Below are positions 27,972 to 38,078 of a stretch of 64,000 bases of DNA, piece by piece (position 1 is the stretch's first letter; every line of letters starts with the position of its first letter). This DNA comes from Sedimentisphaerales bacterium (GTDB lineage Bacteria; Planctomycetota; Phycisphaerae; Sedimentisphaerales; Anaerobacaceae): assembly GCA_016936075.1 (NCBI GenBank), contig JAFGPS010000086.1, forward strand, positions 3,822 through 67,821, read 5' to 3'. A program made the position numbers and the translations under genes. The notes under the pieces were generated by a model. It made no database searches. It was not told where the DNA came from and worked only from the letters and a program-made list of their open reading frames with translations.

Positions 27972-28451
27972 TTACCCTTTATTCGGGTCATCAGGTAGGA
28001 CATCATATTTTTCAATTAATTCTTCCCATGTTGGCATCATATCCTTCGGACATGTTATAGCAATTTTATGTTCTCCCCTTTCGCCAATACTATACATACT
28101 TTCAGGATACCTTTCACTGTACTCTTCAGCCGCCTTATGCATTTCAGGTGAGAACGCTCCAAGATATTTTGTTTCGAATATTCGCTCTTCGTGATAACCT
28201 ATTTCTATAAGAGCATTTTGATGTCTCTGAAGTTTTTGTGAATATTTTTGAATTTGATTAAAATCTTTTTCAGTCGATGGCGTGCCACACTTCCTTATAG
28301 ACTTAAGCGCAGATTCCTCACCCCACTTGTGATATTTTATTTGAATATCTTTACGGAAAATATACCCGAGAGCAAAAATGCCGATTATTATCAATAAAAT
28401 AACAAACTGCCTTAATAATACACGACCAAGATCGCTTAATAATTTCTTCAT
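27972..28451 (-). CDS. Hypothetical membrane-anchored protein (159 aa)
   Basis: A single N-terminal TM segment (FVILLIIIGIFALGYIF) is followed by a soluble domain. No known motif. Confidence 0.4.
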   Translation of the reverse strand: MKKLLSDLGRVLLRQFVILLIIIGIFALGYIFRKDIQIKYHKWGEESALKSIRKCGTPSTEKDFNQIQKYSQKLQRHQNALIEIGYHEERIFETKYLGAFSPEMHKAAEEYSERYPESMYSIGERGEHKIAITCPKDMMPTWEELIEKYDVLPDDPNKG

Positions 28452-28590
28452 GATTTTTTCCGATTAGGGTATTATTCTTATTTTCATCTAAATAGCTATT
28501 ATTCTGAATATTTGAGAATTTTCCAATGTAAAATTAGTCAAATGCACAAAATACACCAAATAATCGAGCCTGAAACTATTTTGTTTTATT

Positions 28591-28620
28591 TTGCTTTTAT
28601 TGCACCAAATGTATTATAAT
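28591..28620 (+). promoter_or_regulatory. Sigma70-type promoter candidate for the PAS gene
   Basis: TTGCTT (28591-28596), an 18-nt spacer, then a perfect TATAAT (28615-28620). Confidence 0.3.
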
Positions 28621-28716
28621 ATATAAATAAGAATGAACGTTGAAGGTAAGAGAAATGTATATTATTAGTAGATACTTGCAATAAAAACGAAACGTCTTAT
28701 AGCGGGGGTTTTAGTT

Positions 28717-29571
28717 ATGGCCGCAAAAAATACAAACAATAAAAAACCTCGTGCAAGCAAAAAGGTTATAAAGAAGGAATTAAGTGAATGCGAGGTCAAG
28801 TTTCAGGTTCTCTTCGATAATGTCAGCAGCGGCGTAGCTATCTATGAAACGAAAAATGACGGACAGGATTTTGTGTTCGTCGATTTCAATCGAGCCGCAG
28901 AGGAAATTGAACATATCAAAAAAGAAAAGCTTATCGGTAAAAACCTTAAAAATGTTTTCCCGGGTGTGGAGAATTTTGGAATTTTGGAGGTTTTTCGCAG
29001 AGTATATAAAACCGGAGTTCCTGAACATCATCCTATATCGATTTACAAAGATGAACGCATCGCAGGCTGGCGTGAAAATTATGTTTACCGTCTGCCTTCC
29101 GGACAAATCATTGCTGTATATGACGATATCAGTGCAATGAAGCACAGCGAGCTTGCTGCGAAAATGACTGACCAGTGTTTCCGTGCAATCGCTGATTACA
29201 CTTATGACTGGGAAGTTTGGATAAGTCCGACAGGACATGTGTTATGGACCAATCCGGCGGTAGAGAGAGTCACAGGTTATAGCGTAAGGGAAGTCATGTC
29301 TATGCTGGATTTCCCCGCTGCCTTAGTATATGAGAAAGACCATGAACGAATAATGAGAGCTTTTCGCTCGGCGGTAAACGGCTCAACAGGAAATAATGTC
29401 GAGTTTCGCATGGTTCGCAAAAACGGCGAGATTATCTGGGCCGCGATTTCATGGCAGCCTATTTACGATAATGAAGGTCAGTCATTGGGACACCGTGAAA
29501 GTATTCGTGATGTAACCGAAAATAAAGAAGCTCAATTAAAACTGGAAGAAGCATTGAAAGCAAGGTTGTAA
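28717..29571 (+). CDS. Tandem PAS-domain protein without a recognisable output domain
   Basis: There are two PAS-like modules (KFQVLFDNVSSGVAIYE...DGQDFVFVDFN and CFRAIADYTYDWEVWISPTGHVLWTNPAVERVTGYS...). The protein ends after a short coiled tail. Confidence 0.75.
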   Translation: MAAKNTNNKKPRASKKVIKKELSECEVKFQVLFDNVSSGVAIYETKNDGQDFVFVDFNRAAEEIEHIKKEKLIGKNLKNVFPGVENFGILEVFRRVYKTGVPEHHPISIYKDERIAGWRENYVYRLPSGQIIAVYDDISAMKHSELAAKMTDQCFRAIADYTYDWEVWISPTGHVLWTNPAVERVTGYSVREVMSMLDFPAALVYEKDHERIMRAFRSAVNGSTGNNVEFRMVRKNGEIIWAAISWQPIYDNEGQSLGHRESIRDVTENKEAQLKLEEALKARL

Positions 29572-29577
29572 TTATAA

Positions 29578-29793
29578 TTATTTTATCTCGCTGGATTCCG
29601 GTATAGGCTCATGTGCTTTCCTGCCGTAAACTTTCTCATAAGCCTTGCAGGCCGGACAAATACCTGATTCAAGTTTCTTAACAAACCAGAATATTAAACC
29701 CCTTTGTTTTATTCGTGCCTTTTTGCACATTGGACATGACATACATTGAAGAGCTAACTTACGATCTTTTTCAGTGATTGATTCTGTTTGCAT
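29578..29793 (-). CDS. Small Cys-rich protein (CxxC x2 plus an extra Cys), ~71 aa
   Basis: MQTESITEK...CMSCPMCKK...GICPACKAYE. It is the last ORF of the minus-strand sugar operon. The start is ambiguous (29811 or 29793). Confidence 0.4.
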   Translation of the reverse strand: MQTESITEKDRKLALQCMSCPMCKKARIKQRGLIFWFVKKLESGICPACKAYEKVYGRKAHEPIPESSEIK

Positions 29794-29838
29794 TTTCAAT
29801 CCTGCTTTCAAAAATTATAAATTATTCTATAGAGAAAT

Positions 29839-30777
29839 TTATTTTCTCATCCACTCAACAAATTTCGCAAGACCATCACTGATGTTTGTTTTGGGATCGT
29901 AGTCGAGTTCTTTTTCTGCTTTGCTTACATCAGCGTATGTGCAATCAACGTCACCAGGCTGCATTGGAAGATGCTCTATGATAGCTTTTTTGCCAAGTGC
30001 GTTCTCAATTTCGCTAACAAGTTTATTGACTGTAACCGGTCTTGATTCTCCGAGATTGTAAACATTGTAACCTTCGCATTTTTTTATAGATGCGGTTATA
30101 CCGTCTATTATATCGTCAATATACGTAAAATCCCGCATCATCGAGCCGTCGCCATAAACGGGAATTGGTTTGCCCTGCTCTATAAGCTTTGCAAATTTAT
30201 GAATCGCAAGGTCTGGTCTTTGGCGAGGACCATATACTGTAAAGAAACGAAGACACGTCATATTTATTCCATATAGATGATAGTATGTATGACAGAAAAG
30301 CTCTCCTGCTTTCTTCGTTGCTGCGTAAGGAGAAATCGGAAAATCCACATTGTCATCTTCCGAGAAAGGAACTTTTTTATTATTGCCGTAAACGCTGGAA
30401 CTCGACGCAAAAACAAACTTTTTAATCTGGAACTTTTTAGCCGCTTCCAGCATAACCATTGTCCCTGTCATATTGTTGTCACTATAGTAAACAGGTTCCA
30501 TTATAGATGGCCGAACTCCCGCACCGGCGGCCAAATGTACTATAGTATCGACATTGTCACCAACTACAATTTCAACAACTTCTGGATTGCGAATATCATC
30601 TTCGACGAGATTGAAATTTGTATTCTTAAGACAGCCGCTTATATTATCACGTTTGATTTGAGGATTGTAATAATCATTAAAATTATCGAGTCCGGTAACG
30701 GTCCAGCCATCGGCGAGCATACGCTCACAAAGATGCGACCCGATAAATCCTGCTGCTCCAGTTATTAATACTTTCAT
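29839..30777 (-). CDS. NAD-dependent sugar epimerase, most like UDP-glucuronate 4-epimerase
   Basis: GAAGFIGSH Rossmann motif, catalytic YAATKKAGE, and RFFTVYGPRQRPDLA. It lies directly downstream of ugd. Confidence 0.7.
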   Translation of the reverse strand: MKVLITGAAGFIGSHLCERMLADGWTVTGLDNFNDYYNPQIKRDNISGCLKNTNFNLVEDDIRNPEVVEIVVGDNVDTIVHLAAGAGVRPSIMEPVYYSDNNMTGTMVMLEAAKKFQIKKFVFASSSSVYGNNKKVPFSEDDNVDFPISPYAATKKAGELFCHTYYHLYGINMTCLRFFTVYGPRQRPDLAIHKFAKLIEQGKPIPVYGDGSMMRDFTYIDDIIDGITASIKKCEGYNVYNLGESRPVTVNKLVSEIENALGKKAIIEHLPMQPGDVDCTYADVSKAEKELDYDPKTNISDGLAKFVEWMRK

Positions 30778-30845
30778 AATTGTTATGTTCCGTGTTCGTC
30801 GTTCTGCTTTCTGAACCTATGTAGGGTAGGATTCTACCGCAACGT

Positions 30846-32165
30846 CTATTTCTCTACAATAACTGATGGTCTTCCGACACTGTGATATTCAATTCCTGCC
30901 CTTTTAAGCATATCGGGATTATACAGATTTCTGCCGTCAAAGATAACAGGATTTTTCAATTTCGATTTTATATCCTCGAAATCAGGATTTCTGAATTCCT
31001 GCCAGTCGGTGAAAATAACAAGTGCATCCGCGTTATCAAGTGCATCGTAACCATTCTGTACAACTTCGATTTTATCCTTAAGAGCAACAAGTGCCGAAGG
31101 TCCCGCTTCAGGATCATAGGCTTTAATTTTAAAACCATTATCAATCAATTTTTTAATGCAATATATCGCAGGTGATTCCCTTATATCATCGGTTCTTGCT
31201 TTAAAAGCAAGTCCCCATACTGCCAATGAAACATGCTCTTTTTTTTGAGCAAAATAACTCATCACACGATCTGCAAAACGTTCCTGCTGGTTAATATTGA
31301 CCTGTTGAACTGATTTCGTCATTGTCATTTCAACGTCATTTATTGAGCCTGTATGGATAAGTGAACGAATATCTTTAGGAAAACATGAACCGCCGTATCC
31401 AACACCTGGGAATAAAAAAGACGAACCGATTCTCGAATCACTTCCCAATCCTTTTCTAACATTCTCAATGTCTGCACCAATTTTTTCGCATAATACTGAA
31501 ATTTCGTTCATAAAAGAAATTCTCGTAGCAAGCATGGCGTTTGCGGCGTATTTTGCCATTTCAGCAGATACAGGATCCATGAATAAAATCCTGCTGCTCT
31601 TTCTCATGAATGGATTGTACAACTGATTCATAAGTTCTCTTACAGGAGGATTTATCGTGCCTATGATTATCCTGTCGGGACTCATGAAATCCTCTACAGC
31701 AGCGCCTTCCTTGAGAAACTCCGGATTGCTGACATAATCGAATGGCACAGAGGTTTTAGAGCGTATTAGATCAGAAACTTTTTGAGCTGTTCCAGGGGGT
31801 ACAGTACTTTTTGTCGCAATAATTCGATAATCAGTAAGATTTTCTGCGATTTCCGAAGCAACAGACATAATTGCCGATAAATCGCATGAGCCATCTTCAG
31901 CCGATGGAGTACCAACCGCCATAAAGATAATTAGCGAATTATCTATGCCGTATTTAATATCAGTTGTGAAATGGAGTCTATCAAGCTTTCTATTATGCTT
32001 TACTATTTCCGTTAAGCCAGGCTCGTAAATGGGAATTACATCATTATTCAGACCTGCTATTTTGACAGCGTCATTATCCACGCAAATGACATTATTTCCT
32101 GCTTCAGCCAGACATGCCGCCGTTACAAGTCCAACATAACCGACACCTGTTACACATATTTGCAT
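30846..32165 (-). CDS. ugd: UDP-glucose 6-dehydrogenase
   Basis: N-terminal GVGYVGLVTAACLA, the catalytic Cys motif GGSCFPKD and FKARTDDIRESPA. Confidence 0.9.
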   Translation of the reverse strand: MQICVTGVGYVGLVTAACLAEAGNNVICVDNDAVKIAGLNNDVIPIYEPGLTEIVKHNRKLDRLHFTTDIKYGIDNSLIIFMAVGTPSAEDGSCDLSAIMSVASEIAENLTDYRIIATKSTVPPGTAQKVSDLIRSKTSVPFDYVSNPEFLKEGAAVEDFMSPDRIIIGTINPPVRELMNQLYNPFMRKSSRILFMDPVSAEMAKYAANAMLATRISFMNEISVLCEKIGADIENVRKGLGSDSRIGSSFLFPGVGYGGSCFPKDIRSLIHTGSINDVEMTMTKSVQQVNINQQERFADRVMSYFAQKKEHVSLAVWGLAFKARTDDIRESPAIYCIKKLIDNGFKIKAYDPEAGPSALVALKDKIEVVQNGYDALDNADALVIFTDWQEFRNPDFEDIKSKLKNPVIFDGRNLYNPDMLKRAGIEYHSVGRPSVIVEK

Positions 32166-32251
32166 TGTAATTCTCTCCTTTATTTTATTTCATTTTTTGA
32201 GAATCGGTAAGTAAAAGCCACCTAACTACTATTCCCGATATAATAAGTATC

Positions 32252-32800
32252 TTACTCCACCGGTTCAATCATGTCTATTTCAATTTCCACACTTGCCGCC
32301 TGGCCGAGCATATCAACCTGAAGCACAAGTCTTGTATGACCTTTTATACTAACAATAATACCCTGTATCCCAAGTAAGGGACCAGCTATTATGCGGCATT
32401 TTTGCCCTTTCCTGAGATACTTGTGCGGTATTAAAACTTCACCGGTACGCAAAACACGCTCAATCTGGACTAAATCATCTATGAATTGCTGCTGATCCAC
32501 AACTTCGATTAGGTTTGCTATCCGGTTTGTTTTAAGAATTTCGATACGCTTAGCTTCATCGCCGCAAAAGAATATATAACCACTAAACAATGGAATAAGT
32601 GATTTTATGGTCCTCCTGCTCTTACGACGAACATTCCAGGACATAGGAAGAAAATAATTAATGTCCCTGTTAACCATATCGTGAGCAAGAGCTTTTTCGT
32701 TCCTGCTTTTCGTATGAGCAACCCACCACTTACCTTCAAAATCGGTAATAGTACTTTCCTGCGGCCATATTACTGGAGGATTTTCACTTGCGTTAAACAA
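32252..32800 (-). CDS. NusG-family paralog (RfaH/UpxY-like operon-specific antiterminator)
   Basis: NGN-like WWVAHTKSRNEKALAHDM and a C-terminal KOW-like KGQKCRIIAGPLLGIQGIIVS. It is embedded in a glycan locus. Confidence 0.7.
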   Translation of the reverse strand: MFNASENPPVIWPQESTITDFEGKWWVAHTKSRNEKALAHDMVNRDINYFLPMSWNVRRKSRRTIKSLIPLFSGYIFFCGDEAKRIEILKTNRIANLIEVVDQQQFIDDLVQIERVLRTGEVLIPHKYLRKGQKCRIIAGPLLGIQGIIVSIKGHTRLVLQVDMLGQAASVEIEIDMIEPVE

Positions 32801-32815
32801 TTTTCACTTACCCGG

Positions 32816-33919
32816 TTAACTATTATAAAATTTAAGTATAGTTTGAGCGACAAATTCAATTTGTTCATTCGATAGTTCAGAATATATTGGCAAAGAAAGA
32901 ACCTGGTCACAAATTTTCTCTGTTACAGGCAAATCGCCCTGCTTATACCCAAGTTCGCTAAAACATTTCTGTAAATGAAGCGGCTGCGGATAAAATATAG
33001 CTGAACCTATCTTATTGTCCGAAAGGAATTTATTTAAATCATCCCTTTTCGGAGCCGCTATCGTATATTGATGATAAATACAAACATTACCTTCATCAAT
33101 TTTCGGAGTTTTAACAACTGATTCAGCTAATAAATTATCATATATAGCCGCATTTTTCCTGCGTTTCTCGTTCCACTGGTCAAGATATTTGAGTTTGATT
33201 AAAAGAACCGCGGCCTGAATGCTGTCGAGACGGAAATTGCCGCCAATCATATTATAATAATATCTCGGTTTCTGACCATGATCCCGCAGAGATTTGAGTT
33301 TCTCTGCTATTGCATCATCATTCGTTGTAACAAGCCCGCCATCACCAAAAGCTCCAAGATTTTTAGTAGGATAGAAAGAAAAACAGCCGTAAGAACCGAA
33401 ATTGCCACAATTTACACCATTTGCACTGGCTCCGATAGCTTGTGCCGCGTCTTCTATAATCACAAGCTTATAACGAGCGGCGATTTCTCCAATCTCTTTC
33501 ATATTCGCGGCCTGGCCATACAAATGAACAGGTATAATCGCACGAGTTTTTTCAGTAATTTTCTCTTCAATAAGAGATGGGTCAATATTGTATGTATCAG
33601 GATCAATATCGACGAATACCGGCTTTGCTCCGAGCCTGTAAATCGAACCTGCGGTTGCAAAGAATGTAAACGCTGTAGTTATTATCTCATCGTCTGGCTT
33701 GATATCAGCGGCCATTAAAGCCACTAACAACGCATCTGAGCCGCTTGATACACCAACGGCGTATTTGCAGCCTACATATTTTGCGATTTTTTCTTCAAAC
33801 TCTGTAACCCACGGACCGAGAGCGAAATACTGACTATCACAAACATTACTTATTTCCGGAAGAATTTCTTCCTTGATTGTCGCGTATTGTGCCTTCAAAT
33901 CCAAAAGCGGAACCTGCAT
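32816..33919 (-). CDS. DegT/DnrJ/EryC1/StrS-family PLP-dependent sugar aminotransferase
   Basis: MQVPLLDLKAQY start, GSDALLVAL, IPVHLYGQ and the FYPTKNLGAFGDGG lysine motif. Confidence 0.85.
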   Translation of the reverse strand: MQVPLLDLKAQYATIKEEILPEISNVCDSQYFALGPWVTEFEEKIAKYVGCKYAVGVSSGSDALLVALMAADIKPDDEIITTAFTFFATAGSIYRLGAKPVFVDIDPDTYNIDPSLIEEKITEKTRAIIPVHLYGQAANMKEIGEIAARYKLVIIEDAAQAIGASANGVNCGNFGSYGCFSFYPTKNLGAFGDGGLVTTNDDAIAEKLKSLRDHGQKPRYYYNMIGGNFRLDSIQAAVLLIKLKYLDQWNEKRRKNAAIYDNLLAESVVKTPKIDEGNVCIYHQYTIAAPKRDDLNKFLSDNKIGSAIFYPQPLHLQKCFSELGYKQGDLPVTEKICDQVLSLPIYSELSNEQIEFVAQTILKFYNS

Positions 33920-34098
33920 ATAAACTCCATTTCGTTAATTGAACTAAATTTGTTTCTAAAGCCAACAGTTTAGGATTATTATCGCAAATTGTCAAAGAAA
34001 TTGGGGAAATGTTTGCGGGTTTTATGATTTCTGAGCCGAAATAGATATTGACGAATAACTAATTAAAAGCTAAAAATGAACTGATTTTCTTAAATGAC

Positions 34099-35082
34099 AT
34101 GAAAAAAGATAACTTCAACATTCTGTTTTCCTGCGTCGGCAGGCGTGTTTCATTGCTCGAGAGTTTTCGTAAAGCTGCAAAGAGCCTGAAAATTCAGGCG
34201 AAATTTCTCGGTACTGATATAACAACTCTCAGCCCTGCTTTGCAATTATGCGACGATAAATTTATCGTCAAGCCGATAAGTGATCCCGGCTATATAAGGC
34301 AACTACTTTCTATCGTAAAAAATAACCAGGTTAAACTACTCGTTCCGACTATCGATACAGAGTTGAAACTTTTAGCTCAAAACAAAAAGAAATTTGCGGA
34401 ACTTGGTTGCCATGTCCTTGTCTCACCAGAAGAAGTTATCGATATTTGCATGGACAAGCGAGAGACATACCGTTTTTTAATTAAACACGGCTTCGAAAGC
34501 CCTGTTACTATGACCGCCGGTGCCACTTTATCAAAGAGTACCCACAAATGGCCGTATTTGCTCAAACCCTGGGATGGCTCGGCGGGAAAAGATATTCATC
34601 TGGTCAATAATCTTGATGAGTTGAAATTCTTCGCGAGAAAAACTAAAAACGCCATTTGCCAGGAATATATCAAAGGTGAGGAATATACATGTGATGTCTA
34701 TGTCGATTTAGAAAAAAAGGTTCGCTGTGTTGTTCCGAGGAAGCGACTCGAAGTAAGAGCAGGCGAAGTCAGTAAGAGCCAGATTGCAAAAAATCACAAC
34801 ATCATGGAACAAGCCGCAAAGGTAATAGAAGCTCTTGGAGCCGGACCTGGAGTTATAACAATTCAATTATTCTTAACAAGCCACGAAAAATTAGTATTCA
34901 CGGAAATCAATCCACGTTTCGGCGGCGGAGCACCATTATCTATAAAAGCCGGAGCAAACTTCCCAAAATGGATTGTGCAGGAACTTTCCAGCCAACAACC
35001 AAATATCAAATTCGGTAACTTCAAGGATAACATGATAATGCTCAGATACGATAGCGAAGTCTGGGTAGATAAAATTAATTAA
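34099..35082 (+). CDS. ATP-grasp enzyme (carbamoyl-phosphate-synthase L-chain-like ligase)
   Basis: 327 aa with WPYLLKPWDGSAGKDIHLV, QEYIKGEEYTCDVY and FTEINPRFGGG, which are typical ATP-grasp blocks. Confidence 0.7.
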   Translation: MKKDNFNILFSCVGRRVSLLESFRKAAKSLKIQAKFLGTDITTLSPALQLCDDKFIVKPISDPGYIRQLLSIVKNNQVKLLVPTIDTELKLLAQNKKKFAELGCHVLVSPEEVIDICMDKRETYRFLIKHGFESPVTMTAGATLSKSTHKWPYLLKPWDGSAGKDIHLVNNLDELKFFARKTKNAICQEYIKGEEYTCDVYVDLEKKVRCVVPRKRLEVRAGEVSKSQIAKNHNIMEQAAKVIEALGAGPGVITIQLFLTSHEKLVFTEINPRFGGGAPLSIKAGANFPKWIVQELSSQQPNIKFGNFKDNMIMLRYDSEVWVDKIN

Positions 35083-35104
35083 AATGATTAAGACAGAAAG
35101 GACT

Positions 35105-37060
35105 ATGATGAATAATTTCAAAATAGCGTTAGTTCTATACACCATATGTCTGATTTTTTCGTCAAGTATGTTTGCTGAAGAATACGTAGTAAACTCGTTT
35201 GATGGAAAAATTAATTTGAATGTTTCAGTGAAAGAGCAGATACTTTATTCGGTAAAATATGATTCAAAGCTAATTTTAGCGTCCTCACCAATATCAATGC
35301 AAATCGATTCAAATATAATGATTGGCAAAAATCCGAATGTTTTGAAAACTGAGACGAGAAAAGTAGATAACATAATTATCCCTCCAGTAAAAATAAAGAG
35401 CAAAGAAATTATCGACCAATATAACGAATTAAAAATTGATTTTGAAGAAAGCTATTCACTAATATTTCGTGTATATAATGATGGAGTCGCTTATAGGCTT
35501 GTAACAGATATCGACAAAGAAATTGAAGTAATAAATGAACTTGTCTTATTTAACTTTCCTGAAAATCATTCGGTATACTTCCACGAAGAAGACAGTTTTA
35601 TAACTCATTCGGAAAGAATGTATAAATACATTAAGCTCAGCGAAATTTCAGACAATAATATGTGCTCTTTACCGACTCTTATAGATATAAGTGACGGCCC
35701 GAAAGTTCTTATTACTGAATCCGACCTGAAAGATTATCCCGGCCTATACCTTTACGGTGTCAATAGCCAAAGTCTTATTGGTCAATTTCCTCATTATGTA
35801 TTAGCAGACAGAATGAGCGATGACAGAAATCCAGTAGTGACACAACGAGCGAATTACATAGCTAAAACAAATGGTAAAAGGTCCTACCCATGGCGAATTA
35901 TGATTATAGCAGCTAAAGATGGCGACCTTATCGAAAGCCAGATGGTTTATAAATTAGCGAGTCCTTCCAAAATAGAAGACACATCATGGATAAAGCCCGG
36001 CAAGGTCGCGTGGGACTGGTGGAACGCAAATAATATTTACGGTGTGGATTTCAAATCAGGAGTAAATACTGAAACATATAAATACTACATCGACTTTGCA
36101 TCGAAATACGGCATAGAGTATATTATCCTCGATGAAGGCTGGTATGTTCTCGGTGACTTGATGGATGTAGTAGATGATATGGATGTCGAGGAATTGTTCC
36201 GATATGCAAAAACCAAAAATGTTAAAATTATCCCTTGGGTAATATGGAAAACTCTGGATGACCAGTTGCCGCAGGCTATGGAACAATTCGCAAAATGGGG
36301 AGCAGCCGGACTTAAAGTCGATTTTATGCAGAGAGATGACCAATGGATGGTAAATTATTACTATAGAATCGCAGAAGAAACTGCCAAACACAAAATGCTT
36401 GTCGATTTTCACGGCGCACATAAGCCCGCTGGATTACAGAGGGAATATCCGAATTTCATTACGAACGAAGGTGTGCAGGGACTCGAGCATACAAAGTGGA
36501 GTGCAAACGAAACACCTGAGCATAATGTAACTCTTCCGTTTATCCGCATGGTTGCAGGTCCGATGGATTATACGCCGGGAGCAATGGTAAACGCTCAGCA
36601 AAATAATTTCTATGATGCATTCGAGAGACCTATGAGCCAGGGAACACGATGTCACCAGTTGGCGATGTACGTTGTTTACGAAAGCCCGTTGCAAATGTTA
36701 TGCGATAGCCCATCGAATTATCTCAAAGAGCCTGAATGTATGGAATTTTTATCGAAAGTACCAACTGTCTGGGACCAGACGAAAGTTCTGGATGCACGTG
36801 TTGGAGATTATGTAATTGTTGCACGCAAAAATGGCGACCAGTGGTATATCGGAGCAATGACAGACTGGACTGCGAGAGAGTTGACTATAGATTTCTCATT
36901 TTTACCATCCGGCTCTCATACAATGACATTATACCGAGATGGAGTAAACGCTGATAGATACGCAAGCGATTATAAAAAAGAAACTGTTAAAATAGAAGCT
37001 GGTGACAAATTCCAGATAAAACTCGCCCCCGGAGGCGGCTGGGCGGCTATTATTGATTAA
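35105..37060 (+). CDS. Glycoside hydrolase family 97 (SusB-like alpha-glucosidase/alpha-galactosidase)
   Basis: Signal peptide MMNNFKIALVLYTICLIFSSSMFA. GH97 blocks are EYIILDEGW, GLKVDFMQRDDQ and VDFHGAHKPAGLQREYPNFITNEGVQGLE. The ATG at 35105 follows AAAGGA. Confidence 0.85.
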   Translation: MMNNFKIALVLYTICLIFSSSMFAEEYVVNSFDGKINLNVSVKEQILYSVKYDSKLILASSPISMQIDSNIMIGKNPNVLKTETRKVDNIIIPPVKIKSKEIIDQYNELKIDFEESYSLIFRVYNDGVAYRLVTDIDKEIEVINELVLFNFPENHSVYFHEEDSFITHSERMYKYIKLSEISDNNMCSLPTLIDISDGPKVLITESDLKDYPGLYLYGVNSQSLIGQFPHYVLADRMSDDRNPVVTQRANYIAKTNGKRSYPWRIMIIAAKDGDLIESQMVYKLASPSKIEDTSWIKPGKVAWDWWNANNIYGVDFKSGVNTETYKYYIDFASKYGIEYIILDEGWYVLGDLMDVVDDMDVEELFRYAKTKNVKIIPWVIWKTLDDQLPQAMEQFAKWGAAGLKVDFMQRDDQWMVNYYYRIAEETAKHKMLVDFHGAHKPAGLQREYPNFITNEGVQGLEHTKWSANETPEHNVTLPFIRMVAGPMDYTPGAMVNAQQNNFYDAFERPMSQGTRCHQLAMYVVYESPLQMLCDSPSNYLKEPECMEFLSKVPTVWDQTKVLDARVGDYVIVARKNGDQWYIGAMTDWTARELTIDFSFLPSGSHTMTLYRDGVNADRYASDYKKETVKIEAGDKFQIKLAPGGGWAAIID

Positions 37061-37075
37061 AAAAGAATTTGAAAA

Positions 37076-38050
37076 TTAATTTCTTCTATTTGAGAATTGC
37101 CGCAGAGCCGAAAGAAACTCGGAAGGAATTGTATAGCCCAAAGTTTCTATATGATGAACGTCGTCCCATGTTTTGTCATAATCACCAAGAGCGAAATAAA
37201 CAAGCAATCGGCCAAAATATGATTGGACATGCTCAGGATCAATTTCTATTACTTTCGTAAAATCTGCAATCGTCTGTTCATATTCATTTTTTGCCAGGTA
37301 AATCTGTCCTCGATTGAAGTATCCTTCGGTAGATTGTGGCGATATTTCAATTACCTTTGTAAAATCAGACATTGCATTTTTCTGGTGGCCCAAAGTATTA
37401 TAAACAAGCCCCCTGTTATAGTAAGCATCAGAAAAAGTTGGATCTCTGTTTATTGCCCTCGTAAATTCTGAAATTGCATCTTCAAATTGGCTTTGTTTTG
37501 CGGCAGTTATTCCGCGATTATTATAATATCCGGCATCTCTTGAGATTCTATTAACTTCGTCGGTCCAACCAAGAAGTTTGTCCTGCCAGTTTATCTCTGT
37601 GCTACCGATTGATTGCTCGAACTCATTTTGCCAGTCTTTAAACTTCAATAAAAGCGTATCTTTCATTGCAGTCTCGAATACTTCCCCGGATCCTATATAG
37701 CCTAATCGTTGCAATACTTCACAACTTTTGGGATATTTGATTTTCGCTGTAACATAAGGCATTGACTTGATTTTATGAATATCAACAACTGTTTCCTTAA
37801 ATCCGAATGATTTTTTAAATCCAATATCCATCGGTAATCCAGTTCTTGTTCTTCCGCCTATTATTATATGTATAAATCCGAGAGCAATAATTAGTAAAAT
37901 TCCAGCGATATATAAATTGACAGACGTCTTTTGGTGCCATTTTTTAGGCATATTGCTTTTGTGATGAATATTCGGCGTGCAGCAAAAGGGACATTCTTTT
38001 ACTTTAATACTGTATAATTTCCTGCATTGAGTGCATTCTGTGGATTTCAT
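37076..38050 (-). CDS. Membrane-anchored protein: N-terminal zinc-ribbon, one TM helix, C-terminal TPR repeats
   Basis: CTQCRK...CPFC, TM helix VNLYIAGILLIIALGFIHIII, and at least four TPR units (AISEFTRAINRDPTFSDAYYNRGLVY...). Confidence 0.65.
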   Translation of the reverse strand: MKSTECTQCRKLYSIKVKECPFCCTPNIHHKSNMPKKWHQKTSVNLYIAGILLIIALGFIHIIIGGRTRTGLPMDIGFKKSFGFKETVVDIHKIKSMPYVTAKIKYPKSCEVLQRLGYIGSGEVFETAMKDTLLLKFKDWQNEFEQSIGSTEINWQDKLLGWTDEVNRISRDAGYYNNRGITAAKQSQFEDAISEFTRAINRDPTFSDAYYNRGLVYNTLGHQKNAMSDFTKVIEISPQSTEGYFNRGQIYLAKNEYEQTIADFTKVIEIDPEHVQSYFGRLLVYFALGDYDKTWDDVHHIETLGYTIPSEFLSALRQFSNRRN

Positions 38051-38078
38051 TTTACTTTATCAAAACAAGATTATGAAT

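Noticed and set aside
30816-30845. ATGTAGGGTAGGATTCTACC motif sharing TGTAGGGT with the 18514 hairpin, as a possible dispersed REP-like element.
   Set aside because: Only an 8-nt shared core and a 5-bp stem are present here. Two occurrences in 64 kb are insufficient, and a genome-wide count is needed before calling a repeat family.
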